Source: Octopus vulgaris (taxonomy: Eukaryota). Taken from it: a stretch of DNA of 64,000 bases. The position numbers and the translations under genes are program-made. Shown one piece after another: positions 51,540 to 64,000 of this stretch. The DNA is taken from NCBI GenBank assembly GCA_951406725.2, contig OX597820.1:116994001-117058000 (forward strand), given 5' to 3'. How positions within the stretch are numbered: position 1 is the first letter of the stretch; every line of letters begins with the position of its first letter. The notes beneath the pieces were generated by a model that made no database searches, was not told the origin of the DNA, and saw only the letters and a program-made list of their open reading frames with translations.

Positions 51540-51950
51540 ATAAGACCCCACCACTTCTTCCATTTCTACATGTTCCTTTCACTTGGATAGTAACATTTGC
51601 ATCACATATCCACACCAATACAGTCTTCCCTTTTGCAAATAGTTGATTCCTCCTAATGCTTTGCTTTCCATCACAGATTACACATTCAGCAAAGCATATT
51701 CACCTCATCTGTTTCCCACCTTCACATGGCCTTTGCATTCACAGCCCAGATCTTGCTACCATGTAGCATTACACTTCATGCACAAGTATCATACAACTTG
51801 CCATTCACTCAGAGATAGAAGCCATTTGTTGCCAAGTTCTCAGGACATTTTCTACCTCATCATTTCTTTGGCTGCTCTGGTTCCAAGATGACTACCTCTA
51901 CAGATCATTAGGTCACCTACTTTTAGCAAACCTTGCAGGCAGCTGAAAGA
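51540..51950 (-). pseudogene. Degenerate RTE-clade LINE ORF C-terminal region
   Basis: Minus strand LATNGFYL*VNGKLYDTCA*SVMLHGSKIWAVNAKAM*RWETDEVNMLC*MCNL...RLYWCGYVMQM...VKGTCRNGR matches the RTE pattern LY..CV..MLHGSETW...LE..E..MLRWMC...RL.WYGHV.RM...GR. Confidence 0.8.
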
Positions 51951-52110
51951 TTTAATTTCTTAGTAGCTCTCATTGTTAACCTTTCTTGCATGTGTATTAT
52001 ATGCAAAGTCCTGTGCTACCTGCTTGCATACATGATATATTTTTGCATCTTCAGGATAGCAAGAGTTCTACTAATTGTCCAAGCTAACTAAAGCGCAATG
52101 TAGAATTTAA

Positions 52111-52332
52111 CCCTTTGGTGTTTAAGCCGGCCATATCCGGCCCAAATATTCCTACATGTTTTACATTCAAACTGGCCATATCTGGCCCCTCACACCTAAC
52201 CTACACTGGCATTCTAAGAATAAACTATCACACCATTGAAACTTCAAAGCTGTAAGATGATGTATGATTAATTCAAAACAATTTGAGTGAAAAAAGTATT
52301 ACATTTAACAGAGTAATCTGAACACTAAAGGG
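52111..52332. mobile_element. piggyBac-like MITE family 2
   Basis: TTAA|CCCTTTGGTGTTTA ... TGAACACTAAAGGG|TTAA. Confidence 0.9.
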
Positions 52333-54107
52333 TTAAATTACTGTAATAATCTCTCATTTATCTATGAATTGTTAATGATATTTCAGAAGAAATTTATTCT
52401 CAAGAACATATCGATGTTGTTTACTATTTACTAATAAATCAAAATGCAGAAAACACAGAGTGACATTAAAACAGAACTGGCAAAAAGTACTAAGTTTCTG
52501 TCTAGACACTGCTATGTACCTCACTCTGTGCTGAATACTAGTGCTTCAAATAACTTATCATAATATGTAACAGCACAAATGTGTTCCAGCCATGACCATT
52601 TGGTCGGTATATATACATATGCATCATTTAATGAGAAGCACCTCTCTGTTAGAATCAAACAACTTCAGATTTTTCTGATGGATCCCCAAGTGTGACCAAC
52701 AGACCATGGATATAATCCAACCGTCTTTTAGTCTACCCCTAGGTCTCCGGCTGGTTAGCTCCACTTGAAGAAGCTATCTTGTGATTCTTTCATATGACAT
52801 TCTAATTTTATGTCTGTAGTAATGGGTCTGTAGCCTCTCAATGTGCATATGTGGTGGCCTAATCTGGAGAGTCACTTGAATCACTGAGTTTCACACCTTG
52901 TCAAGTAACATTACTCCAAAGATCCTTCAGATACAAACATTTCATAAAAATATTTCCTTTTAATTGTCAAATCCTAAAAGTCTGATGTTCAGGATATAAA
53001 GATCCAAACATTGTGTTTTTAAAAACTTTACGTGACAAAAATAAGAAGGTATTTTGGAAAAAATAAAAATTTAAAAAAATACTTTTCTTGAGCAGTTATT
53101 CTACTGTGATAACAATGGTAGTGCCCCAGCATGGCCACAGCCTTTGAGTTGGAACACAAAGGAATAAGGGAACACAGTAAAACTGAGTTTATATAACATT
53201 ATCAAAACCTAATTCATTTGCTGGTAAAAAAAAAAGTGTGAACTTTACTGGCGTTGACAGTAAGAGTGCATCTGTTGTGTAAAGTTTAAAGGCCACAAGA
53301 ACACAATTATTTATTTGAATGTTTTCAAAGGAGAAATGTATGAATGGAGATGTACATCTGTCCCATGACAAGATCAAAAGACCAAATATATAATAGAAGA
53401 TATAAAGGCACAGAACACAGAGATTCCAGTGTTTGAAACTTAGAAATCCAAAGAAAAAAAAAGTTATGGGGTGGGGGGTGAGGGGTACATGATTCATCAA
53501 TTTTGAAGGATTCACCTCTTCGTTTCAGAAAGCTTAAGATAGTTTTTTCTTTTTATATATATTTTGTTATTGCTGGTTACATTTTTCACTACATTGCTTT
53601 CTTCCCTAAAGGAAGACCTGATACCATATTACACTCAAAATATACTTTCTCCAGTTTGGTGGTTGCAAACTTGTGTTCAAGAATTGTCGTGGCCTGATCA
53701 AAGTCCTACACACGTCATTGGGCTATGACCGACCATTTTTGTGATAGGTCTTACTCTTTTTAAAGCAACGCCTGTGTATGATCACTTTTTTTATGGTAGG
53801 AAAAGGATTTGTACAAATCCAATCCCACTCTCTGAACATGGACAGTAAACTCGAAAAGAAGAACTATTGTCAGAGTCGCAGAGTTTTCTCTCAGAGTTTC
53901 CCTCTCTAGAGAGATGTTACAACAGAAGGGGCCTCCCATTCCCAATGGGCCAATATGTACATATATAGTTGGATGGTCATTGACTGCTCATGAGCTCTTC
54001 TGCCCTCTGACAGGTCTTATTTTTCGTCCTGCAGAGTGTCCAACAATCACCCTCTTCACTGAGCAAGGTTGATGGGGTTGCCAGTTTAGTCCCCTAGCAC
54101 CCAAGAG

Positions 54108-54184
54108 CAACCTGACATATATGTCACACGCTGATGAAGGGTCAATATCCAGAAACCCGGGTCCATGTGTATCACGTCAGGTTG
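54108..54184 (+). ncRNA. Type I hammerhead ribozyme with extended stem I
   Basis: CAACCUGAC..CACACG-CUGAUGA(54131-54137)-A-GGGU(CAAU)AUCC-A-GAAA-CCCGGGU-C(54163)-CAUGUG..GUCAGGUUG; GUC cleavage triplet, palindromic stem III ACCCGGGU. Confidence 0.82.
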
Positions 54185-54334
54185 GAGATGGGAATGATGA
54201 CTTCCCTTTGCAAATACTGACAGGGCACAGAAAGTGTGTCAATAGCCAGCTGGAAGAGATGTCTTCCTGGGGCTACAAGGTACAGTAGCATCCACCCTTA
54301 GTGGTTAACCACATTTAGGTGGCAAATATACTTC

Positions 54335-54375
<41 letters not shown>

Positions 54376-54384
54376 ACACACAAC

Positions 54385-54544
54385 GGGCGTCTTTCAGTTT
54401 CCGTCTACCAAATCCACTCACAAAGCTTTAGTCAGCCTGAGACTGTAGTAGAAGACACTTGCCCAAGGTACCATGCAGTGGGATTGAACCCGGAACCATG
54501 TGGTTGGTAAGCAAGCTACTTACCACACAGCCACTCCTTCGCCT
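54385..54544 (-). mobile_element. SINE family A 5' half
   Basis: Reverse-complement head and core. Confidence 0.87.
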
Positions 54545-54569
54545 ATATATAATATATATATATCTCCAG

Positions 54570-55260
54570 TGTACAAGGTGTTTGGGTTAGATTTGTCTCC
54601 TTTCCACGGGAACAGCTTGATTTATTGGTGAACAGTCAATAGCATTGGAGAGCAAAGAGTTTAAACAAGTTGTAGTTGAGAGAAAGCTGAGATGGAGGAC
54701 TGGAAGCCATGTGAATATATTGGGAAAGTGTAACTCGTATCATGGTGATTCACAGTGGGTATCAAAATGCCAATGTCATGACAGCTGCAAAATGGTCAGT
54801 GGACACTGGAAAGGTTGTTAAGACATGACATGGACAGCTGTAATAGAGACTAGGAAGCCATGGCCAGCAAGGAACTGACCCAGCAGGCGTTCGGACTGCA
54901 GCCATATGATGGAATTCCTCCTCACATCTTTGAACAAGGCTTTAGGCTCAATTCAAATGGTTATATGAAGATGCTGAAGACTAATGAAATCCTGGCAGGA
55001 GAGGATTGCTGCTGGGTGGTCATATGTGTGGCAGCAGGGTTCTGTTCCATGCCATACGTCCAGAAGAGTCAGAAGGGGTTGTTGGAGAATTTCTACAATT
55101 CTATCAGCCCCAATTTCTGACCTGCTTCCCCTAATTGTAATCCCATGGCTTACTATATGTGGAACATGGTTGCAAATGACACCAACAACTCCGCCTGCAA
55201 CACCATGGCCAAGATCATGGGGGTGCTTGAAGGTCTTCTCGGAAACGGCAAGGAATCATT
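54570..55260 (+). mobile_element. Tc1/mariner-superfamily remnant (maT/DD37D- or Tc1-like), internally deleted
   Basis: PPHIFEQGFRLNSNGYMKML, YVWQQGSVPCHTS (cf. QQDSAPCH), SPNF*P...PNCNPMAYYMW (cf. WPP.SPD.NP.DY..W). Confidence 0.75.
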
Positions 55261-55424
55261 TCCTCACCGTATTTCAGTAAATTGTATTTCAATCAATCAT
55301 TTAATTGTCCATGTAACTAATTAAGAGAATCTTCTGCTGTATCTATCGCAGATACTTATTTACGAGGACTAATCTATTGATAATCAGCAATAAGGCTGAG
55401 AGAATATGCCTTAGGGAAGCCTTC

Positions 55425-56027
55425 TTATTTCTTTACTGCCCACAAGGGGGGCTAAACACAGAGGGGACAAACAAGGACAGACAAATGGATTAAGTCGATT
55501 ACATCGACCCCAGTGCGTAACTGGTACTTAATTTATCAACCCTGAAAGGATGAAAGGCAAAGTCGACCTCAGCGGAATTTGAATTCAGAACGTAAAGACA
55601 GATGAAATACCTATTTCTTTACTACCCACAAGGGGCTAAACATAGACGGGACAAACAAGGACAGACAAATGGATTAAGTCGATTACATCGACCTCAGTGT
55701 GTAACTGGTACTTAATTTATCGACCCTGAAAGGATGAAAGGCAAAGTCGACCTCGGCGGAATTTGAATTCAGAACGTAAAGACAGATGAAATACCTATTT
55801 CTTTACTACCCACAAGGGGCTAAACATAGACGGGACAAACAAGGACAGACAAATGGATTAAGTCGATTACATCGACCTCAGTGTGTAACTGGTACTTAAT
55901 TTATCGACCCTGAAAGGATGAAAGGCAAAGTCGACCTCGGCGGAATTTGAACTCAGAACGTAACAGCTGACGAAATACTGCTAAACATTTCGCCCAGTGT
56001 GCTAACGATTCTGCCAGCTCGCCGCCT
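55425..56027 (-). mobile_element. Head-to-tail trimer of SINE family C
   Basis: One full copy (56027-55794) followed by two headless ~184-bp units with identical junctions. Confidence 0.93.
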
Positions 56028-56247
56028 TAAGGAAGCATTCTGCTATACTAAAGTCAGACACAGCAAGGTTTCATATATGCAATATAGTGAGGAGAAGAAG
56101 AAGAACAGAGTAACTGAGATTATTGATACAATCAGTAAACAAAATCTTAGTCTGGGATGTTTAAAATCTAAAAACAACAATCAAGGAAGATAATTCCAGT
56201 AATGTTAGTCAACTGGAATATTTGGATAATAAAGACAACATAGTCAG

Positions 56248-56450
56248 AAGGCAGCAAGCTGGCAGAATGAAGCATGTCAGACAACATGCTTAGCAGTGCT
56301 TATTTTGGCGCTTTGTGTTTTCAATTTAAATACTGCCGAGGGCAACTTTGCTTTCCATCCTTTTAGGGTGATTTAATAAAGCACCACCAGTCAATTAGTA
56401 AGGTCAATGTAATCAACTTGTCCCCTTCCCCTCGAAAGTTGCTGGCTTTG
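56248..56450 (+). mobile_element. Old SINE family C copy
   Basis: AAGCTGGCAGAA head and ACTTTGCTTTCCATCCTTT core. Confidence 0.7.
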
Positions 56451-56872
56451 AGCCCTGTGACAGACTGGTGTCCCATTCAGAATGAGTCGTGCAATCTCTG
56501 TCACATTTGGAAACTGATTAACCAGTTTTATGGGTCCCAGGGCGGAAGATAGAGAAAAACAGACGGGAGTCAATCTTGTCATTGAACCTAATTGCTATCT
56601 TAGTTATAGACATAATGGAGTTCAAAACATTGTCAAGCTGTCTGCAGAAAAGGTTTAGCAGTTTGTCTTATCAGACATAAGTGCTAAGCTAATTGTGAAT
56701 CACTTAAATGTCTCTAGACTTACATTGAGTCCTACCTACATCAGACAAGTGTTTATGAAATGAGATGACTCAATGTCACCAGATAAGGTCACAGCCACAA
56801 TTCAATTTATACATCTAAAGCCGAGACACACTTTTAGGAACAAGTGCTTAGTTCCTGTTCAAATAATGAAAA

Positions 56873-57345
56873 GGCACAGGCATAGCTGTGTGGTTAAGAA
56901 GTTCCCTATGCGAGCATGTGGTTTCAAGTTCAATCCCACTGCATGGCCCCTTAGGCGCCTTCTACTATATCCTCAGACTGACCAATGCCTTCTGAGGGAA
57001 TTTGGTAGACGGAAACTGTGTGGAATCCCACCATGTGTGTGTACATTTTTGTACCTGTGTTTGTTTTTCCCTACTGCCACTTGACCACTGGTGTTAGTTT
57101 GTTATTTCCCTTTCACTCAGCATGTGGTTTCAAGTTCAATCCCACTGCATGGCCCCTTAGGCGCCTTCTACTATATTCTCAGACTGACCAATGCCTTCTG
57201 AGGGAATTTGGTAGATGGAAACTGTGTGGAATCCCACCATGTGTGTGTACATTTTTGTACCTGTGTTTGTTTTTTCCTACTGCCACTTGACCACTAGTGT
57301 TGGTTTGTTATTTCCCTTTCATTCAGCAGTTTTGCAAAAGAGACC
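56873..57345 (+). mobile_element. Old SINE A with a ~206-bp tandem duplication
   Basis: AGCATGTGGTTTCAAG... starts at 56913 and again at 57119; the two units are nearly identical. Confidence 0.9.
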
Positions 57346-57931
57346 CTATAACATTCCAAGACCTAAATTAGATTTCTCACAACTGTTAAACAGGGGGCAA
57401 AGTGGGATCAGTTTTACTCAAAAGTGGATTTGAACTTACAATCTATATTTTAGTCTGGTGACAGGCTGAAACAAAAAATTGTAAATATTAAACATTCAAT
57501 GCAGAATAAATTAATCTGCTCCAAAGCAAACACTTCATTATTTCCATGGTATTACATTAGAATTTATTTTGGTTTTACTTCTGTCAAACTAAATTTAAGT
57601 CTCTTTTTAAACTGGTTTTTAATCTTATCCACTCATTCTACAGTGTTGAACTGAGATATCTATGATATGACCTTAAGTTTTGGTATGTCCATACACAACC
57701 CCACCGTATTACTGAGACACAAGTATGCTTCGCTATGGCTTTATGATTCTAATTACATTTCATACAAGACTTGTCTTTGTGGCCAATTAAAACAAATTCT
57801 GAAAGTATAATACAACTATCTATATCAATGGTTCCAAACTTGGGGTCTGCAGAGCACTGGTAGTCAGCAAAGGTAGTACTGAGGGTCTATGAACTAAATT
57901 CAAAATTTCATTGCAAAAATCCCAAATTTAC

Positions 57932-57963
<32 letters not shown>

Positions 57964-58229
57964 GTATAGATGTAAGTATGTAGATATACATATGTATATA
58001 TGCATACATATATATATTATTTGTATGTGTGTGCGTACATGCCCTGCAGCCCACAACCACTTAATAACTGGTGTGTGTTTACATCCCTATAACTTAGCAG
58101 CTCAGCAAAAGAGACTAATAGAATATGTGCCAGGCTTAGCAAAAGCAAATAAGTACTGGGATTGAATCATTCAACTAAAAATTCTTCAAGGTGCTGCCCT
58201 CGCATGGTCACAGTCTAATGACTGAAACA

Positions 58230-58264
<35 letters not shown>

Positions 58265-58667
58265 CTTTTTTTCTCTTTTTACTTGTTTCAGTCACTTGAC
58301 TGCGGCCATGCTGGAGCACTGCCTTTAATCGAGCAACTCGACCCCGGGACTTTGTAAGCCCAGTACTTATTCTATTGGTCTCTTTTGCCGAACCGCTAAG
58401 TTACGGGGACATAAACACACCAGCATCGGTTGTCAAGCAATGCTAGGGGGACAAACACAGACACACAAACATACACGCACATACATATATATACATATAT
58501 ACACGACGGGCTTCTTTCAGTTTCCGTCTACCAAATCCACTCACAAGGCTTTGGTTGGCCTGAGGCTATAGTAGAAGACACTTGCCCAAGGTGCCACGCA
58601 GTGGGACTGAACCCGGAACCATGTGGTTGGTTAGCAAGCTACTTACCTCACAGCCACTCCTGCGCCT
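58265..58667 (-). mobile_element. SINE family A, young copy
   Basis: Reverse-complement full layout. Confidence 0.92.
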
Positions 58668-58741
58668 ATATATATAATTACATACATACAGTAGAACCTT
58701 GGTTTTCGAACAACTCTGATCAATAATAAATCAATATCTCT

Positions 58742-59231
58742 CATCATCATCGTCATTTAACATCTGCTTTCCATGCTGGCATAGGTTCGACGGTTTGACT
58801 GAGGACTGGTGAGCCAGAGGTTGCACCAGGCTCAATCTGATCTGGCAAAGTTTCTACAGCTGGATGCCCTTCCTAACGCCAACCACTCCGAGAGTGTAGT
58901 AGGTGCTTTTACATGCCACCAGCACGGGAGCCAACCAGGCAGTTCTGGCAATGACCACGCTCAAAAGGTGTATTTTACATGCTACCTGCACGGGAGCCAG
59001 TCCATTGGCATTGACAACAACCATGCTCAAATGCTGTTTTTCATATATGACCAGTACATGTGCCAGTGAGGCGACGCTGGTGCCATATGTGCCGGTAAGG
59101 CAACGCCGCTGCACATGTGCCAGTAAGGCGATGCTGGCTATCACCATCATCATTGTTTAATGTCCGCTTTCCATGCTAGCATGGGTTGGACAGTTCGACT
59201 GGGGTCTGGGAAGCCAGGAGGCTGCACCAGG

Positions 59232-59233
<2 letters not shown>
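58742..59233 (-). mobile_element. Family D copies (long copy from 58742, short tail from ~59145)
   Basis: (CAT)n-TTTAA..CTGCTTTCCATGCTGGCAT start; TGCCACCAGCACGGG subrepeats. Confidence 0.8.
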
Positions 59234-59321
<88 letters not shown>

Positions 59322-59878
59322 GAGAGAGAGCATGATTTATTCACGATCAGAGTTGTTCAAAAACTGAGGTACTCCTGTATACATATATATCTATGTGGCG
59401 CCGGTACTTGAAAGGACAAGCCTGTGTGTACGGAAGGCAGCGATTTGTATTGTAACATCTATCATGAAACTAGGCAAAGTAAAAAGAAGACATTTAAAAA
59501 ATGTCAACTAGTGTTGTACACAGTGCATCAGTCTCTGTAAACAATAGCAAAAGAAGCATTTACATTAGTTATCCATTGTTAAAAGGTTGTGCACTGGAGA
59601 TGCAATTGTGCTTAACAATCAATACTAAGAAAGAGGAGACATATATATATATATATGCATGTGTATGTGCATATACAAACTGTGGTGTGTGTGTGTGTGT
59701 GTTCATTTTATTGACTATAACCAGAGGCTGTGACCATACTGGGGCACTACCATTAGGTCTCATTAAAATGTTCCTGCCCATGGAAATCTTTAGTAAAAGG
59801 CAAAAGATTTATCCAATAGAAGTGATGTATACACACAAACATGCATTAGAGATATATATCATCATCATCATCATTTAA

Positions 59879-60099
59879 CCCTTTAGTGTTCACATTATTC
59901 TGCCAAAATTAATCCTTTTTTATCAAAATTACCTTGAACTAATCAGGCATTATCTTGGAGCTATGAGATTTTGATGAGGTAGCTGTTAATTTTTAAGATG
60001 ATATTGTAGGGCTGGTGTGAGAGACCAGATCTGGTCAGTTTGAACATAAAACAGGTAGAATACTTTTGGCCGGATATGGCCGGTTTAAATGCTAAAGGG
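59879..60099. mobile_element. piggyBac-like MITE family 2 inserted in a family D tail (59859-60390)
   Basis: TTAA duplicated at 59875-59878 and 60100-60103; the D sequence resumes after it. Confidence 0.9.
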
Positions 60100-60707
60100 T
60101 TAAAGTCCGTTTTTCATGCTAGCATGGGTTAGATGGTTCAACCAGGGTCTGGGAAGCCAGTAGGCTGCACCAAGCTCCAATCTAATCTGGAAAGGTTTCT
60201 ACAGCTGGATGACCTTCCTAATGCCAACCACTCCAAGAGTGTAGTGGAGTGCTTTTTACGTGCCACCAGCACAGGTGCCAAGGGAGGCTGGCAACAACCA
60301 CGATTGGCTGGAGCTTTTTACGTGCCACCAGCACATAAGCCAGTCAAGGCGGCACTGGCATCGGCCATGTTCAGATGGTGTTTTTTATGTGAGATATATA
60401 TATATATATTTATAACTACACATATGTATCTGCACGCACACACACACACACATACACACACACACACACACGCTAGCACAAACATAACATTGTGAACCAA
60501 GATCCTCAACTCCTTTAACTGGTTCTTCATTTACTGATTCTGAAAGTAAACTGTAGCTAAATATCACACACACACACACACACACACACACTTGTGTTGA
60601 AAATCCCTCAATTCAATGGCGAAGATCAAACTCCAAAGAGGACTCAATACAAGTATTATACATCACCGGAAAGCAAATCATATTTAATAAACTTGTTTTA
60701 ACATGTA

Positions 60708-61085
60708 GGCACAGGCATGGCTGTGTGGTAAGAAGTTTGTTTCCCAACCACATGGTTCTGGGTTCAGTCCCACTGCGTGGCACCTTAGGCAAATGTCTTC
60801 TACTATAGTCTCAGGCCGACCAAAGCCTTGTGAGTGGATTTGGTAGATGGAAACTAAAAGAAGCCCATCACATGTGTGTGTGCGTATGCATGTCTTCCAC
60901 CACATACTTGGCAACCAGTATTGGTTTGTTTACATCCCTGTAAGTTAAAGGTCGTGCAAAGGAAACCGATAGAATAAGTTCTAGGCTTTAAAAAAGCAAA
61001 AAGTACCAGGCTCAATTTGTTCAACTAAAACTCATGGTGGTGCTCCAGTAAGGCCACAGTCTAGTGATTGAAACAAGATAAGAGA
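60708..61085 (+). mobile_element. SINE family A
   Basis: Full layout, diverged tail. Confidence 0.87.
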
Positions 61086-61113
61086 TAAGCTATAGAACAT
61101 GCTTCCACCATAT

Positions 61114-61275
61114 ACGCAGGAGTGGCTGTGTGGTAAGTAGCTTGCTAACCAACCACATGGTTCCGGGTTCAGTCCCACTACGTGGCATCTTGGGCAAGTG
61201 TCTTCTGCTATAGCCCCGGGCCGACCAATGCCTTGTGAGTGGATTTGGTAGACGGAAACTAAAAGAAGCCTGTCG

Positions 61276-61312
<37 letters not shown>

Positions 61313-61519
61313 TTGTGTGTCTGTGTTTGTCCCCCTAGCATTGCTTGACAACCGATGCTGGGGTGTGTTTACGTCCCCGTCACTTAGCGGTTCGGCAAAA
61401 GAGACCGATAGAATAAGTACTGGGCTTACAAAAAGAATACGTCCCGGGGTCGAGTTGCTCGATTAAAGGCGGTGCTCCAGCATGGCCGCAGTCAAATGAC
61501 TGAAACAAGTAAAAGAGTA
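61114..61519 (+). mobile_element. SINE family A, young copy
   Basis: Full-length layout. Confidence 0.92.
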
Positions 61520-61538
61520 TGTCATTTCCCCCCCTCTT

Positions 61539-61576
<38 letters not shown>

Positions 61577-62071
61577 ATGCACTGCATGGGAGGTTTAATA
61601 TAAATGACAACACGCTTTATATCAATGATATAGTTTTCAACTGAGAAAATGGGAAAAAAAACATAATCTGACATAAAATCTATGCAAAGCAGCAACAGCT
61701 AAAGTGTGAACATTCAGGGATATTTCTGTTGCTTTTTTTTTTCTTTACTCTTTGTATTCAAACTCCCTAAATCACTTTATATTCAAAAGGTATCCGGTTT
61801 AACATTTTCTCTCTCTTTTTTTTTTTTTGTTAACGATTTTAAAAACATGGCATATGACTATTTTATAGCATAAGGACTCTGTGGCACCACACTGATAGAA
61901 TATTTACATGTTCTAACAGCTAACTGGCAATGCGGTGATAACAGCACTTTGCACTCTGACTTCAAACTTCACCCCACATAAAAAGGAAAATATCCTCCAC
62001 CGTCATAAATGGTCTTGGTGGTACATGGTGTCGACTGAATGCTTAAAAAGAAATTACATCACAGCAAAACT

Positions 62072-62237
62072 TGCAGCCATGGATGTGTGGTTAAGAAGTT
62101 CATTTTGCAACCACGTGATTTCAGGTTCAGTCCCATTTCACAGTACTTTGGGGCAAGTGTTTTCTACTATAGCCCCAGGTCAACCAATGCCTGACGAGTG
62201 AATTTGGTAAATGGAAACTGTACAGAAGTCTGTCTAA

Positions 62238-62272
<35 letters not shown>

Positions 62273-62715
62273 ATATATAATGTATATATCTATGTATTAT
62301 ATGTATAGGGTGGAAGGCGGTGAGCTGGTAGAAGCGTTAGCATGCCAGGCGAAATGCTTAGCAGTATTTCATCTGTCTTCGTGTTTTGAGTTCAAATTTC
62401 GGCAAGGTTGATTTTTGCCTTTCATCCTTTCAGGGTCCATAAATTAAGTACCAGTTGCATACTGGGGTCGATCTAATCGACTGGCTCCCTCCCCAACAAT
62501 TTCGGGCCTTGTGCCTAGAGTAGAAAAGATCATATGTGTGGGGTTTTGCACCCCCCCCCACTTCTTTACCACAGGTGTTGCATTGTTTACATAACTGTGA
62601 CTTAGCAGTTGGGCAAAACTGGTCAACAGAATAAGTACCTGATTCAGAAATAAGTACTGGAGTTGATTTGTCTGACTAAAAGCCATTCAAGGCAGTGCCC
62701 CAGCATGGCCACAGG
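62072..62715 (+). mobile_element. Old SINE A interrupted by a SINE C (62315-62530)
   Basis: A head and core, microsatellite, C copy with CCTTGTGCCTAGAGTAGAAAAGA tail, then the A tail. Confidence 0.82.
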
Positions 62716-64000
62716 TGTAAATGATACTATTAGAATATTTAGGGATTTTAATAAGGAAAACAACACTGACTATGAAATTGGTGAAGAAAGTTGAAAAGAA
62801 AAAGATAGGAGAGACACCAGCAAAAGTACAGAAAAAAAAAAGAAGGCAGAAAGAGAAATGAAGACCCAAAGAAACCCAAAGCAAGACATGGAAACAGATT
62901 CACACATAAAAGTTGTTTAGTCCTATCAGCTCTGATGAAGCAAATCTATGATAAAAGGCTTTCTACTATAACCATCCCAGATTTTATCACATTAATCAAT
63001 AAGTCTTGCCTTTTTAAGATGAAAGGGTGTAATTTGAGGGAGATTTAGATGCTATTTTAGCAGGACAAACAACCATGTCGTGGATCTCTTGGCAGTTTAG
63101 AAATTAAGCCTACAGCAAACAGAATTTGGAACCCAAATCCAACAAATCCTAAGCATTTTACTTTCTTTTTTAAAGTCTTTTGGAGAAAACAAAATGCACG
63201 AAATAGTTCTCAGTTCGTACTCTTTGATGTCAATTGGAATGAGGATTCGTTAATCAATATCTTTGAAAACAAAAGTATCAATAATTGAGAACTTGTAGCT
63301 CTACTGTTCTGAATGATCTTTGTCTCTCTCTCTCTCGTTTATTTCCTAGTTTGAATCAAGTGATCCAGAGGATCAGACTTTATATATGAAAATCACTTAA
63401 GCCATAAATGATTTCTACTTGTTTTTGCATAAGTCCCTTAGCTACTGGACAATTAAGCTGATGATGACTATTGAGACAGAAACATGTCCACAAACATCCT
63501 TTTATCTCCAGACAATGAGTCTGTCCTTTTCTTTAATGGTTTGTCAACTTTGAAGAGTTCTCGTATCTTGAAATTGTCTTCCCTTCTCAAGTGGAACAGG
63601 TCTTTATTATCATTTGGCAATTATGTTACATCCTCTACAGGTCGAGATAATTTTGATTAATCACGATTTTCATGTTGCATGATTCTGGTGTTGAATGTGT
63701 GAATGCATGTGTGAATGCATGCAGATATATAATTTTGGTTCACCTACGTAATCACCTGCTTCGACTGCAATAAACACAATCAAGAAAAATGGGGGCTAAT
63801 GCAGTTTCACACCTTTCCTTGAAAAAAATGCATTTTTGGGGAAAACTTTTCAGATTCCTACATTTCAGATATGCAAAAAAAATGCAAAAAAATAATTTTT
63901 TTCAATTTCACCCACCAACTTCTCTCCCCACCCCAAATTAAAATTTTTGATTTTGCTTACTTTAAAGAGATTGTAGCGAATTGACGAACATATGCAAATC

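Noticed and set aside
63468-63620. ~50-codon minus-strand frame (LPNDNKDLFHLRREDNFKIRELFK...) as a possible exon
   Set aside because: No clear splice acceptor and no homology that I recognise.

Overview
AT-rich, repeat-saturated animal DNA, most likely intronic or intergenic sequence from an octopus (coleoid cephalopod). The assignment rests on the recurring tRNA-derived SINE families and microsatellites, not on a database search. I find no credible host protein-coding exon: the ORF track is explained by microsatellites, SINE copies and decayed transposon ORFs. Retroelements: about 30 copies or fragments of a CORE-like tRNA SINE (family A), tRNA-Arg-like SINEs with two alternative tails (B), a Meta-domain-like SINE (C, including a tandem trimer), RTE-type 3' ends with (GAT)n tails (D), and LINE remnants (R4/Dong, CR1-group, RTE). 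DNA transposons: a full-length dead mariner, two more Tc1/mariner remnants, hAT, piggyBac-like and Merlin-like MITEs, and a Helitron. The most interesting signal is five type I hammerhead-ribozyme motifs of the Penelope/retrozyme kind, most inside fold-back structures. One sits behind a tRNA-like Pol III head, suggesting a SINE/retrozyme hybrid. Family letters A-D are my own labels, and boundaries of old copies are approximate.
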